This document shows positions 13,077 through 29,160 of a stretch of 64,000 nucleotides of DNA, in pieces (position 1 is the stretch's first letter; every line of letters starts with the position of its first letter). This stretch comes from Octopus vulgaris (taxonomy: Eukaryota). The stretch covers positions 47,306,001-47,370,000 of the forward strand of contig OX597826.1 of the NCBI GenBank assembly GCA_951406725.2. The letters run 5' to 3'. The notes beneath the pieces were generated by a model that was not told the DNA's origin, made no database searches, and saw nothing but the letters and a program-made list of their open reading frames with translations. The position numbers and the translations under genes are program-made.

Positions 13077-13698
13077 GCGTGCCAGTCTTTGTGTTTGTCC
13101 CTCCTCCGACTCCGACCACTTCACGTCCAAGTGTTGGTTTGGTTTGTTTACCTCCAAACGGTTCAACAAGAGTCCTATAATAACTGGCTTTAAAAAAAAT
13201 TACTACTGAATTACTACTAGAAAGTGGTGCCCCAGCATGGCCGTCGTCCAACGACTGTAAAAGTATCAAAGAATAAAAGAATAATAAACTCCAGGCACAG
13301 GAGTGGCTGTGTGGTAAGTAGCTTGCTAACCAACCACATGGTTCCGGGTTCAGTCCCACTTGGGCAAGTGTCTTCTACTATAGCCTCGGGCCGACCAAAG
13401 CCTTGTGAGTGGATTTGGTAGATGGAAACTGAAAGAAGCCCGTCGTATATATGTATATATATATAAGTGTGTGTGTATATGTTTGTGTGTCTGTGTTTGT
13501 CCCCCTAGCATTGCTTGACAACCGATGCTGGTGTGTTTACGTCCCCGTCACTTAGCGGTTCGGCAAAAGAGACCGATAGAATAAGTACTAGGCTTACAAA
13601 GAATAAGTCCCGGGGTCGATTTGCTCGACTAAAGGCGGTGCTCCAGCATGGCCGCAGTCAAATGACTGAAACAAGTAAAAGAGTAAAGAGTAAAGAGT
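13000..13698 (+). mobile_element. SINE-C 3' half (13000-13290) followed by a full-length SINE-C (13294-13698)
   Basis: tRNA-like head ggcacaggagtggctgtgtggtaag..ggttcagtccc, CORE-like tgggcaagtgtctt, internal (TA)(TG), tail ggtgctccagcatggccgcagtcaaatgactgaaacaagtaaaagag. Confidence 0.9.
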
Positions 13699-13929
13699 AT
13701 ATTCTATGGAAATGTTTGCTTCTTTTTTTTTCATTTTTGCTTACTTTCGTTTCTTCTTTGTGATATGCATAATAGTGACTCGGATTATTAAATTTGCTCA
13801 AATGTATTTTAACATTTAATCAATTATTCATGCATTCGATTGATAATTATACTTACCTTACCGTATTTGCATCTATAAATTAATGGGTTTCACAATAAAA
13901 AAAATTCCATTGTAAATATACGCACGAGC

Positions 13930-14522
13930 AGAAACATACAAACACACACACAGATATGAGCAGACACACACGCGCGCGTGCGTATTATAATGTGCATATG
14001 AAAACGCACACATATACATATACAGGCACAATGATAGGATCATATATATCTATAAAGGAAACACAGAAAACCATACACATATATACACTCAGCCATACGC
14101 ACTTATGCACATACGCATGCCAACGAACAAACAATATAAGCACAAAAACACACACACTCATATACATATATGTATGTATTATATATATATATATGTCTGT
14201 GTGTGTGTGTGTACACACACACACAAGCGCCCAAATACATAAGACATTAATAAATATGCATGAACACACATTCATACAAATAAACAATTCACTCAGAAAT
14301 ACAATCAGGTTTATACGTAAAAACCTTCCTGCACACACATACATGTGCATACACATACACACAAATGCACACATGAACATACATAATCATAGAAATGCAC
14401 GTACACATATACAAAAGAATACAAGCGCATACAAGATGCACACATACATATAAAAAAACATGCATATAGATACACACAAACACACACATGCACAAACACG
14501 TGCTCATACATACATACATACA

Positions 14523-14555
<33 letters not shown>

Positions 14556-14960
14556 GCATACATATATACATACATACACAAATGCACACATGAACATACA
14601 TAATCGCAGAAAACAACATACACATATATACGAGAATACAAGCGCATACCTAATTACTAAATTATACATACACACACATATACATGAACGCATACCCATA
14701 TGCATAAATCATATATACACAGACGCACAAACATATACAGAAAAAACGCTAACATACACATATATAAACACATACATGGAAGCAACAAGCGTATACAAAA
14801 TACACACATGCATATACAAACACACTTGCACATAGATACGCACAAACACACACATACACAAACGCGTGCTCATACACACATACATACATACATACATACA
14901 TCCATACATACACACACACATACATACATACATACATACATACATACATGCATGCAAAAT
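13930..14960. repeat. CA/TACA-rich low-complexity tract with internal duplications
   Basis: Repeated blocks acaaatgcacacatgaacatacataatc and acaagcgcatac. Confidence 0.85.
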
Positions 14961-15376
14961 ATTTGTCAAGCAATATAAGAGCTTGGAGATGTTTGTTATG
15001 TGTTTTTAAGTGTTTGTGTTTCGTGTTTGCTTCGTTGTTCTTCAATGAGGTGTTACATACAATTTGTGAATGAACTAACGTCAGCCATCAACTACTCTAA
15101 ATGATATTGTGTTAATTAACAATGCATTTCGGAAGTCATTAACTGATAAAAACTGACAGCTTTTGTTGTTTTATATTTTCACGTTTTGCTTCTTTTATTT
15201 TTTCTGTATCTCGAAATGGCGTTCATTAAACAAGCGTAAATTAAGTATTGTTTCATTTAGAAGCAATAATGAAATGGTATCAAGATTTAAATTAATTTCT
15301 TTGTCGTTTTTTTTATTTGTTGTTGTATTGTTCTGTTTTTTTGTGGATTCTTTATGTTCATGTTATTGTTGCTGCT

Positions 15377-15451
<75 letters not shown>

Positions 15452-15809
15452 GTAAAAGAAATTACATTGTCTACTTATCATTATTATAAATGAAATCACT
15501 AATACAGTTACTGTTGCTGTTGTTGTTGTTGTTGTTGTTGTTGTTACTACCACAACTACTGCTGCTGCTACTACTACTACTACTACTACTAAAGAAAATA
15601 TTTTTGTAGTTATTACTATTTTTTAAAGAAATATTCTCGTTTTTTTTTTCCTGCAATTATTATTATTGTTGCTGTTGTCGCTCTTTTTCTCCGTCTTCTT
15701 CTTCTTCTTCTTCTTCTTCTTCTTCTTCTTCTCCTCCTTCTTCTTCTTCTTCTTCTTCTCCTCCTCCTCCTTCTTCTTCTCCTCCTCCTCCTCCTCCTTC
15801 TTCTTCTTC

Positions 15810-15920
15810 TTCTTTGCGATTGCATATATCGCCTCGGTAGTGTACCACTGCCGAGCCGTCGTACTTTGATCTCAGAAAACTGTGACAAGATCGCAGCGCT
15901 TGCTTTTCCGATTTTTTCCA
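15810..15920 (-). pseudogene. RTE-like LINE remnant with 3' stem-loops and (GAA)n tail
   Basis: Minus frame KIGKASAA (RTE 'RIGKASAAF' motif), hairpin ctcggcagtg-gta-cactaccgag, then (GAA/GGA)n. Confidence 0.5.
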
Positions 15921-15959
15921 CTTATTATTATTATTATTATTATTTTTTTCCACTAGTCA

Positions 15960-17200
15960 GAAAATCCGTGGTAGTCTCGGGATGTCATCCTTAATGATGC
16001 GGTGCCACACTTCGAGGATGTCACACCAACAAAAATATCTAGGTCACTACGATGATGTTGACAACAACGAAGAGGAAAATAAGGTATGAGCGTCTTTCGT
16101 GCAACAAGTCATTCCGCAGCTCATCTCATTGACAGAACTGCAGTCATGGGTCAAACGTACATCAAGGTTGAATGTCTGGCATCTAGAATATTGCCAGGCG
16201 CTCACTGCATTGTACCAGCTGTCCAAACCGTTAGCGGGAAAACAATCCAAGATTTCCAGAGGGGACTAGTTGAGGGTGTGAGTGATGATGGCTTAGGATT
16301 GAATCTAGGCACCGACGAGAAAAGTATGAGTAGTCTCTTCCAGAGGACCTTTGGGTTGCAGATCATGAACAATTTCCAAAAGTCATTGGCCTGGCAGTGC
16401 TAGAAAGGTGCATTGCCCGTTCGAGACAAGCTCTTCAGGCATAGATGTAGACAACAGACGAACTTGCCCGAGATGCTTGCAAGGGAACGAAACCGTCCTG
16501 CATGCACTAATTCAGTGTCTGTCCATCAGAGAGTTGTGAGAATGTATGGAGAAGCTGTTGTTGCGTGTAAGACGAATTCTACTGTCTGCCGCGTGTATAG
16601 TGAAGATTGACACACCACCTTCCCTTAACAGAGAAGGAAGGCAGATATTTTTCTGCTTAATGGCTGTGGAAAAAAGGGCTGTGTGGTGGATCCGTTTGAA
16701 AGGTTTGAAGACAGGCACATTCCTTCCTGGTCAAGCCCTCAATAATCTCTTCAAATAGCATTTGAAGATGAAGGTGAGGATAGAAGGGGACATGCTGCCT
16801 TCTTGTGTGTTTATCAAAAGGTGGTCGACAGTGACAAGACAGGTGAGACTGAATGAATCTACTCTGAACATGCTTTTCTACGCAGGAGGAGGAAAGAACT
16901 GGAAGAGGGTATTTGCCAATGCCTCAGAGATGGCAGAGTAATCAGAGATTTTTGTGTGAGGCTAACCCCAGGTTACCCTCAGTGGCCTGCCCTGCTGTTG
17001 GGGATTCTATTTATTTATTTATTTATTTATTTATTATTTATCTACTTTCTATCATATACCCGCTTTTATATCATTTAATGTGGTACTGTCCCTCTTGATT
17101 GATATCAAACCCACATGTTTTTGAATTTTTTTTTTTTTTTGCTGTAACTCGTCCTTCGATATTGTCCTCCATGTCTTGAGCCCTTGTGGCCAATAAAAGA
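15960..17200 (+). pseudogene. L1/Tx1-clade LINE 3' portion (ORF2 C-terminal cysteine-rich region and 3' UTR)
   Basis: NFQKSLAWQC*KGALPVRDKLFRH..ETVLHALIQC..AVWWIRLK; AATAAA at ~17191, followed by a (CAT)n tail. Confidence 0.8.
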
Positions 17201-17202
17201 AA

Positions 17203-17617
<415 letters not shown>

Positions 17618-18514
17618 TAACACTTCAAACACTTAATTACGAATAATTTAATAATCATCGTGATTGTTTCATTTTACTAGTGTTTAGTAAATAGATAGTA
17701 TTTGATAAGCTTTACAGTGATTGCTTGTTTTAGTCGTTTTTACAATTTAATTATTCAATTATTCATTTATTTATATATTTATTCGGGTTTCTTTTTTTTA
17801 GCGATTCCTGGAGGCGTTGCAATTCATGTGAGCCTGTACTGAACAGAAATCTCCAGATTTATCACAAGATAAAGGTGAGAAGAAGAATTCCTGAGAAATA
17901 CATGATACAATATTACAGAGTGAACTGACACGCTAGTACGTGACTATCAGTGGACTGGAAGAGGCTAATAAATAGATTAAGGCAGTAGACAGTTGAAGTC
18001 GAACTGTGAGAACGTTAGTCTCGTTATTGACTCTGCGTTGGAATATTGGATTGTTATTATGCTAACGGTTATTATAGGATAACCAACTCTTGTTACATTG
18101 CTTATTGTTATACGGTTATATTTGGTACTATGATATATTTTTACACACACACACACATCATATATCGTCACTGACGCTATAAAACGCGATGAAAGAAGAT
18201 TGCAATATAAGCAGAAATGATGGGCCATATAAAGAATATAATTAATTTCTTGCTAATTCCAACGAAGATATTCGCTTGAAATAACAGTCAATTTTATCTC
18301 AAATCGCACCCTGCTGTCTTATACAACAGATCGATTCATGCAGCACTAATGGTTTTACATACTGAAAAACGTAGAGTTGGGCACGGATGGCACATCTTTA
18401 ATCGTAGATTAGTGATCTGCGACAACGATGTGCTTTAATAAGTATTTCTAATTATTAGTTTTTAATTCAATAACCAATTAACACCTTGCACTCTAAGCAG
18501 TGTTGCTTGAAATA

Positions 18515-18729
18515 CAGGGTGTCCCAGAAGTTGCGCACCACCCTGGTTTTTTAAAAGAATACTGATTTCAAAAACTGATTTCAAAAACACTTTATTGAAA
18601 TTAATCATAACAAATGCTCAAACTGAGCACCCTCTACAATAAAACATGCCGAAAAACATATAATCAGATAAAATGCTTTAATAATTTTAATTGAAAACCA
18701 GAATGGTGCGCGACTTCTGGGACACCCTG
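18515..18729. mobile_element. Tc1/mariner-superfamily MITE
   Basis: 36-bp TIRs CAGGGTGTCCCAGAAGTYGCGCACCAYYCTGGTTTT (3 mismatches) flanked by TA on both sides. Confidence 0.92.
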
Positions 18730-19593
18730 TATAACTGTGTACAATTACGTTTAACACGATTGTGTACTTTCAAACGTGGAAAGACCTTCATTGCAGGAAT
18801 TGTCTTGAGGAAGAAATCCTTATAATAGACACTGTTCGTGACAAACACACCAGTGGACTGTAGTAGATGTGTTTTTGTGTTCTTACCCTTCTCAATAGGC
18901 CGCCATTAAAAAGTGCTGTTCGTACATTTTAACGACACATAATAAATTTGATGATGTGTGCACAGCTTTGTCAAAACTGGAATTAACTAACCGCATTCAC
19001 ATTCAGCAGCGTTGATTGTAATATAGGTGTGTATAATTATATATAACACGTCCGTGTACAATCAACAGTAGGAAGGCCTGTCCACGATTAAATGTTTACA
19101 GTCGTGTCAAATATGAATGTATACGTCAGAGTTTAGATAATTAGTGTTGTTACAAAGTTAAAAGTTATTGTATGTGTATGTTTTGTGTTTGGGCATGCAT
19201 ATATATGTTGAAATAAGTTATCATATGGGGTGGTTGGGTGTTGAGTGTATGTGTGAGGGGTGGGAGAAATATTTTTTTGAAATGAGAAAAGATAGAATAG
19301 AGAGAGAGAGAAGTAAAACACGTCCGTTCTTTCGAAAGTCCGTACAGAAAAAGAAAGATTGTTACGTAAGGAAAAGAAAGATGGACGATGGTCACATGTG
19401 AGCAACGAGAGAGAGAGAGAGAAGAAGGAGAAGAGAAAGAGGGGAGACATAGACTGAAAGAAAACAGTGAAGGAGGGAGGGGAGAAAAAGGAATTAGAGA
19501 AGGATGGAAGAAGAAAACGGTGTAGAGTAGAGAGTCGTATCAAAAAGGTGAAGATAAACTTACATGGAAATGGATGCGTCGCGTTCAATTAGA

Positions 19594-19635
<42 letters not shown>

Positions 19636-19738
19636 TAATGGGTACAAGACGTCACTAACGATGCAAATAACATGAAATACATAATCAAACGAGTTTAAAT
19701 ATGTAAACAACGTGAAGAAAATGGATAACAGAAGTAAA

Positions 19739-19786
<48 letters not shown>

Positions 19787-20262
19787 GGGAAGTATGTGTG
19801 CTTATGTGTACGTGTGTGTATATTAATGAATTCATCATATGCCTAACAGGGGATATATATTGAGCAAATACCATTAAACTTTGGATTTTTGCTGAACTCT
19901 GACGAGATAATCGATAAGATAATGCAATTTCACCAAATTACTGTGTAATCAGTTGGTTTAGTGAAACACCTTTATGTTTCTTAAAGTTTAAGATAGAATT
20001 TATGTTTTGCCTTATTGGAGATCATAGACCGCTACATGTAGTCAAAGACTGCACGTAGAGATCGCGGGTCTCTAATAATTATTTAACTATTTTCTCACTG
20101 CAGTTGGGTGAGTCACACGAAACATATGCATATACATGTTTAAACTCGGCTTTTTGTGTGTATATATGTACATAATTTCCTATCTCACCATATTTATTTA
20201 TTATTTTTTATAAACACATGTACACACACACACACACATTCACATACGCGCACACACACATA

Positions 20263-20492
20263 CAGTCGTGGTCAAAGCTTTAGAACATAGGTATGGAAGT
20301 TAAAATTTTCATACTAAATGCCAAAAATTATATTTAATTTGCAATATATTATTACTTGGGATAAAGTTAGGAACACAGCTCTGAAAATTAGAATTTTTGT
20401 ATCAAATGACCGAAGTTATATTTGAATCGAATTGTATTTGGGCATAACAATTTTAATTTTTATAAAATATTCCAAACTTTTAGTCACGACTA
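20263..20492. mobile_element. Tc1-like MITE with internal direct repeat
   Basis: TA-cagtcgtggtcaaagctttagaa ... ttccaaacttttagtcacgacta-TA; degenerate ~95-bp-period internal repeat. Confidence 0.75.
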
Positions 20493-21054
20493 TATATACA
20501 CGAAAGTTATACTGCGCTGCTAGTTTCTAATATAAAGTAAGCCATTTTACTAAGTCAAAGCATCTGTATATAGTGTCTGCCAGTTCAATGCAACCATGAT
20601 GCTGTCACATATATGTAATACACAAAAATCAACAGATTCAAGTACGTAATATCGATAGAATTAGACAGAATTAGACCCCACGCCTGTTGGTGTTGAAAAT
20701 CTAAAATGAAAGAAAAAGGGAAATAACACATAGGAAATAAATCAAATCAACTTAATGGTGTTGCGAGAGCATGGCCGTATCTCTCGAGCAGGAACTAGAA
20801 AAAAGATAAATGATATGAGATAATTGAAAATGCAATATGTCCCATGTTCAATGTATAATGTCTCTAGATAATTTTCAAAGAGAGAAATTTTGTGAAATAA
20901 GCCTGAAAGTATTAAATAGGAAATAGCATAGCGACCTAAGACATGAAAACTAAAATCAATATAGAAGCCTATTATTAACTTGGCTATTCATTAATATAGC
21001 GTAGTCTACAAAAATCACAACTTTGAAAAAGACAGTTGATCATACCTCAAGTGT

Positions 21055-21093
21055 CAATAGATATATACATATACATGCAAACACATGCATACA

Positions 21094-21163
<70 letters not shown>

Positions 21164-21415
21164 GATTATATATATATATGATATATGCATAATGTAATAA
21201 TATATGAATCAATATGTGTGTATAATTATACACACACATGCACACACACAGATATATACATATATATGAATATATTTATACATACATGTGTACATATTTA
21301 TGTGTTTACATATTTATATATATATGTATTCGTTAATATAGTTGTAATTTTGTGTTTCTCTCAATATTAAAATGTATATATCTGTGTATACTTTTATATA
21401 CATACATATGTGTAT

Positions 21416-21488
<73 letters not shown>

Positions 21489-22330
21489 TATAAATAATAT
21501 ATATACATATATATATATACATACACACACAAACACATATATATATATATATATATTTATACACCATCGATACAAAAATTCAATTATTAGATATATCCAA
21601 AACAATAATACCTATTTTATGAATCTTGCGTATGGTCATGTTCCATTTGAAAGGCGGTTTTACCCCTAAAGTGTTATCTATTGTTGAAAGCTGCGTAAAG
21701 AAAAAATAGCGCCTGTATAGGAAGACTACGGATATTGTTCCCAGAAGAAAACTATAGTGTTGCATTACAAATAGTTCACCTGTATAACGGTTGGCCCTTT
21801 ATATTTGCAAGTTTGAATCACTTTCGTCAAAACCCCTTTAGTGACTTCAATTTCTACACACTATTGTATGAATTATATTTTGGTTATTTAAATAAATTCA
21901 TCCCAGGCATTATCGTCGCCATCTTCAAAGTCATTGCCGTTGTCATCATCGTCACCGTTATCATGATGATATGATCTTCATATCAGGGTGGTGGACTCCA
22001 AGCTATAGGGAAACGTTTTCCACTATACGAGATCCACTTCAAATTTCATATGTACTTGAGCGTAGCAAGACATTCATCATATCCCGTTATGCGATTCCTA
22101 TATATATACTCACATATGTATACGTGTACACATACACACACCGACACGCTTTTGCAAATATGCAGCTTGCGTATGTGTATGCATACGCACACACACACCC
22201 ATACACACACAAACATATATATACACCCATTCATATAGCAAAACTTTAAAAAAAATATCTACATTTTATAACTTACAATTCACTCCTTGTTTACATGTCC
22301 ATACATATATACATACATACATACACACAC

Positions 22331-22417
<87 letters not shown>

Positions 22418-23120
22418 TATATGTAACTCGGGTGTCAGTTTATTGCAAAGAACCAAATGTAAGGGTATAAATATATATACATGCGTATACACTCATACAC
22501 ACATATATATGCAAACTTATATACATTTATATAAGCATGTGTATAAGCACTCATACATAATTACATACATAAACATAGATATTCTCATACATTTGGCACT
22601 TTGCAATAGACTCCCTCATTCCCTTTCCCCCGTGAACAATTACACCACCAGCACAACTCCCATCCTCATTTCTTCTTTTATCATTTCTTCATTAAATCTT
22701 CCTCTCTTTCATTTCCAATTCTGTCACTTATTATCGATCTTCATTTTTCTTAATTCTTTTTTTTTATTTTATTTATTTATCTTTTTCTTCAATTTTTCAT
22801 AGATTTAATGATTCTTTCTCAAAGAACATACAACTACAGTTTGTATAGATGTAGAGTCGCTTTTCTTTTTCGTTTTTAAATCTGAATAGTTTTGGGGTTT
22901 GTTTTTAAAACTTTATTTGTCTTCTTCACTGCTGCAGCTGTTGTTGTTTTTGATGTTGATGTCGTTGTTGTTGTTGTTGTTGTTGTTGTTGTCAGACCGC
23001 AAACACGCCATTATTTCTATCTTCACATTTATATTCATTACTAGAACGAACACAAAGACATCAGATTTTTTACACATAACTTGTATACGTACATATATTA
23101 ACACAAGCTTGCATACATAT

Positions 23121-23151
<31 letters not shown>

Positions 23152-23214
23152 CACATACACAATGATATTACTTTTACGTATGAGTGTGTGTGTATTTATA
23201 TACATATATGTGTC

Positions 23215-23246
<32 letters not shown>

Positions 23247-23317
23247 TATACATATATAGACATATATATATATACATGCATATATACACATACATTCAAT
23301 ATATTTATATATACTAG

Positions 23318-23366
<49 letters not shown>

Positions 23367-23467
23367 TCACTGGCATATGCTGCAGAGTGTGTGTTTGTAT
23401 GTAGGTACATATGTTTATGTATATGTAACTATATCGTTATAGCTAAAGTGTATGCATATGTATTCGT

Positions 23468-23502
<35 letters not shown>

Positions 23503-23577
23503 CATACCCACACCGACATATATAAGTATATGTGTGTATGCATGCATGTATGTATGTGTGTATGAATGTATGTATGA

Positions 23578-23625
<48 letters not shown>

Positions 23626-23640
23626 GTATACATGATTATA
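21055..23640. repeat. clusters of (TA)n/(CA)n microsatellites with short unique spacers
   Basis: Read directly. Confidence 0.9.
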
Positions 23641-24492
23641 TGCATAGCATTTGTAAAAGTTGTTTTGCTTTTACAATCATTAACAATATTATTATGTTTT
23701 TTTTTGTTGCAGTTGTCGTTAATACACATTTTTGTTTGCTTTTTTAACGTCTACGGCATATATTTTTCTCTCCCCATCCAAAGTAAATAATGTAAGTGTA
23801 AAGTTTTTTTTTTCCGCTTCTGTTTTTCTTCCATTCTTTCTTCCTTTTTGTTCATTTTCCCTTCATTTTACTGTTTTCAATTCTTGAAGAAAAATACTTT
23901 GAAATATATATTATGAAACGAAATCAAAATGTAATATTTTGAATATATCTTCGATTGACTCGTGGGTGTTAAGAAAGGAAGGTGTATGTGAAAGAAAGAG
24001 AGAGAGAGGGGGAAGAGGAGAAGAAGAATAATAAGAAGAAGATGACGGGGAAATGTCTATTTGTTTTTTGGTTACAAACCATTGTAAATATTGTACACTC
24101 TTCCATATGAAACATACGTAGAAGGTTTAGAAGCCGTGAGATAATTCCTGAATGGAAACAAACTAAGCAACCACTGGAACAGGAAGCTGGGGTTTGTGAG
24201 AGGTGCTAGTCTTAATATTTGACATAGAGAGACAAACTGTTTTTATCTGTAAGGAATATAGGACAATGCTTACAAGTATACATACAATAACACATGTATA
24301 CAGTTTTATATGTATGCACTTGCATTGACATGAATACATTCATACGCTTGTACCATCAATACATACACGCATATTAAAGTAAATACACATACATATATAT
24401 AAAGACATATATATTTATTCATTTCATGTATGTCATTAATATAAACAGTTTATATATGTGTGTATGTGCATTTATTATTATAAATATATTCA

Positions 24493-24541
<49 letters not shown>

Positions 24542-24572
24542 CCATCTATCTATCGATCTATCTATCTATCTA

Positions 24573-24646
<74 letters not shown>

Positions 24647-25130
24647 CCATCTATATAAATATATATATATATACATCTATATAGTTTTTAGATTATTTTA
24701 TATTCTTTTCCTATCTACCTATTTATTATTTTTTTCTTTTTGAAAAACTTTATTTGAAGAGTTCACGAACAAGTTTTAATATATTGAATATTTTGATATA
24801 TATGATGAAGCAAAATGTCCGAAATGGTGATCAAATGATGGCGTCGTTGAAATTTTGCTCATGAATATATATTCTGCATTTAATGTTAGTGCGACCACAG
24901 CATAACATTTAAATCTGATAAATTTGCATTTATAGAGAGGAATAAAGATGAAGAACAAAAACATGTGAAAGCAATTTTATAGTAGATAGTGTCGCATAAA
25001 CAAATATTTATTTTTACCCCACGATAACTATCAAATTATAAAAATAATGAGACACGCTCAGAAATTATATAGTACAGACTTATGTTTTATATATAGATAT
25101 ATGTGTGTGTATGTGTGTGTATGTGTGTGT

Positions 25131-25194
<64 letters not shown>

Positions 25195-25394
25195 CTAAAT
25201 ATATACATTGTTATATTTCGAGATGGTCATTTTCTTCGTTTTTCTTTGCTGCCAGATAAACATAGGCAATATATATATTCGTTCTTCAATTGTTCATTAC
25301 TGTTTTTAAGCGGATTAGGAGAATACACGTGAACGGAAAGAGTGGTTGAAGAGGTAACAGATGTGTGATTTCCGGAGAATATATATACGTGTAT

Positions 25395-25705
25395 ATGTAT
25401 ATATATGTGAGGTCGTGTGTTTGACAATTTCTGCATGTGTTTGTTTTTCACCACCGCTTAACAACCGGTGACAGTTTTTTTACGTCCACGATTATATACT
25501 GTACTATATAACTTCTCATCGTGTCTAATTACTTTTTATAATTTCAAAGTTATCGTGGGGAAAATTGAATGTTTCTTGGTTGGACACTATCTACAATATA
25601 AGGCTTTATTAAGAAATAAGTAGTATCGGGCTCATTTCGTTCGACTATAATTCGTCAAGGTGACGCCCAGGCTGGCCGGAGTCTAAAGACTGAAACAAGA
25701 AAGAT
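25395..25705 (+). mobile_element. SINE-C 3' half, decayed and interrupted
   Basis: caccaccgcttaacaaccggtg...aagaaataag...ggccggagtctaaagactgaaacaag. Confidence 0.6.
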
Positions 25706-25744
25706 TTGATATATATATATATATATACATATATACATATATAA

Positions 25745-25810
<66 letters not shown>

Positions 25811-27246
25811 ATATATATATTGGGTGTGTTTGTGTTTGTGCTCCTTGTAGTATATATGTGCGCATGTTAACCGTCAAGAAACTAAGTGATTGAATGATAG
25901 AATCAACGGAAAACTAGATGGAATGAAAGAATAATGGCCAAGATTACTAAAATTACCATTCCTAGGTCCAAAATAACAAATAAATAAACCCGTCAGGCCG
26001 TTTTAAGGAGTGGACTGAGAAATGTCTGAAGAATGAGATTGTGTAGCCGACATAAAATTTAGAAGTTATGATGAAGGAAACAGACAAATATTGTTTTGGA
26101 CGATTCTTAAAGACTTTCCTTAAAGAATTCCTTCGCAAGCTAAAAGAAAGTTGAATAAAAATGGTCTTTGATTCTTCTCTCTTTTCGCTATTTTTCTCTG
26201 TGTGTTTGTCAATGTCGTGAATTCTTCAGCGGAAGCGATGAAGACCAGGCACCAGCTTTGTTATTGGTTGAGGAATGTCTGCTTTTGAAATATTCTTTCT
26301 GGAATTTTTTTTTTCCCAAACGAAAACAGGAGAGTTGCAACAAGAGTTTGATAGTCTTGACTTCACCGTTCTTCTGATCATTTGGTGTTGTTGTGTTTGG
26401 CATTTGGTGCTATTGTTTGTTTTTTTGTTGTTGCTCTTGTTATTGTTGCCAGTTGTTATTGTCAATAGAGCGTGGGAGTTGATGTATCATCTGCTTATGT
26501 TTTCGCTACTGCTGTTACTGCGGCGACTGCCGTCACTCTTCTTGTCGTCACTGTAATATACTTTCACCATCGTTAGCTCAGCTGTTGTTGTCGTTGTTGT
26601 TGTGGTTTTTCTTTTTCTTTTTGGTGTTACGGCTAGTTTCGTTGTCGAAAATAATATTATGCAATACAAATGTATAGAATACTGTAACTTGCTGAGCTTC
26701 AAATTTGGTGGTGGTGGCATTATCTGTATTTCTTCAGTTTTAACGTGTTTTCTAATAGAAGAGAATGTTAAACAAATAGGTCTTAGTGCTGTTACTGCTG
26801 TTGTTGTTTTTGTTTTTGCGGTTATTGTTATTTGTGTTGTTGCTGTTTAAACACGGTTTCACAGCGATACGGCAGACTTAAGGTCAAAATCCTTCTAACT
26901 ATGAGCATTCATTGTATTTAATGCATCGTACCTTGCGCATATTACACAACAATGCCCGTCTCTGTTTTTAAACCGCAAGATATGGAATATAACAGGGATT
27001 TCACTGCTTTCTTTAAAACAGTAACTGAACACGTAGAACCTCAGTCTCTAGTTCATGTATTATCGAAGGGTAATATAAAGGTATTCAGTGTTGTATAAGT
27101 AGATAAGTTACACTAAGTTGTGTCAAAATCTACAGAGGAAGAACGATTCCACTGCCGAGTTCAATGCATCGAGATATTGGGTTATGTCCATTTACTTTTA
27201 ATCTCAAATCCTAACGGATTGTGTGTATATGTGAAAGCATGTATGT

Positions 27247-27500
<254 letters not shown>

Positions 27501-28116
27501 AAACTCACATTCATACATATATATACAGGCACATAGGTACACATACATCCACATCGACACATACACACACACACAAATTCTCGTAACTCCATCTTTCTAC
27601 AACCTTCTCCATTTCTGTTTATACTTAGCAATCCTTCTTTTTTCTTCCAGTTAATTGTTTGCAGGAAAATAAAAGTTGATGATAAAAGTTTGAAGAGAGA
27701 CAGTTTTACTATCTGTGCCCTGTGAATAGCAGTGAAGTGAATTTTAATATAAACAGCAGAGTTTCTGATCAAATACTCAGGAGTATATATTTGGCCTTCT
27801 ATATAGTGACTTCAATGTCCTTGGGTTGGAAAGGGGTTGATGTGTCAGTAATATAATGATAGAGAGAAGGTACTGAATTTCAGAGAAACAGTATGGGGGA
27901 TGGTCTGCCCTTGAAAACTCTAAGATTTGGGGCATGTAATCAAGGTTTAGTAACTCTGTACCTATATACTCAGGGGCTTGGTGGAGTGGAAAATGGATTT
28001 ACGGGTGCAAATTTCGGAAAGAGAGCTTCCATGTAAGCACACCTACAGTTTGTTAGGAACAAATATACTATAAAATATGGCGAAAATATAAATATATCAT
28101 GTATCTAAAGCAGACA

Positions 28117-28450
<334 letters not shown>

Positions 28451-28687
28451 GGTACATATGTCTTTGCACATGTGTTTGTGAGTACGTATGAGATGGTCAC
28501 AGCTAGAACGGCCTTTGAGGTTAACTGACAAACTGTCAAAAGAGTTAAAGACGATAGTTATCCGCCCTTCCCTGCTTTCAACAAATCTCTCAAGTCGCCA
28601 GAGCTGTAAACGCAAGCAACTGGATATATATTTCCACAATCAATTCAAAATAAAGTGAGAAAAGAATTGACACCCCCTTCCACTCAC

Positions 28688-29073
28688 CTTATTCATTGTT
28701 TACATCGTTTTGTTTTATTACAGATAATGCAATAAAAGCGCCGCTTGTTAGTATAAATGTTGAATTCACTGCTTTCAACAGTTGGCGTTCAGTTCAAAAC
28801 TTTATTACTCTGGCCTTGTTACTGTTGTAATTATTTATATCCACGGCTTCACTGAATTGATAAGTCAACGATTTCTCGTGAAGTTTTCGGTCATTTCTAG
28901 TTAAGATTTCGTATACCTTAACATGTGATATTTAGTAATGCCGCAGTTAATCATATTTCAGACAATATGTGTTGATTGAGTCATCTAGCTGTAGCCCAAT
29001 AAACTGGTCGGCTTTCTTCCCATTGTGTTCATCAATAACGGTTGTCACTAAACTGACCCGAAAGTACAAATGA
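28688..29073 (-). other. candidate non-coding exon (386 nt)
   Basis: Minus strand has CTAAC branch motifs, then cctttattttgatttatttccag| acceptor and AAG|GTGAGT donor; stops in all three frames. Confidence 0.3.
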
Positions 29074-29160
29074 CTGGAAATAAATCAAAATAAAGGTTAC
29101 AAGTTAGATTGTCAGTTAGATTTCCTTTGCTTTTAAGGAATAAACAGTAAAACTTCAAAA

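Noticed and set aside
15824-15895. Three consecutive hairpins suggesting a small ncRNA
   Set aside because: Better explained as an RTE-like 3' end on the minus strand with a (GAA)n tail.
17802-17874. Plus-strand exon candidate (ttttag|...AAG|gtgaga; DSWRRCNSCEPVLNRNLQIYHKIK)
   Set aside because: No recognisable homology or partner exons; such site pairs are common by chance.
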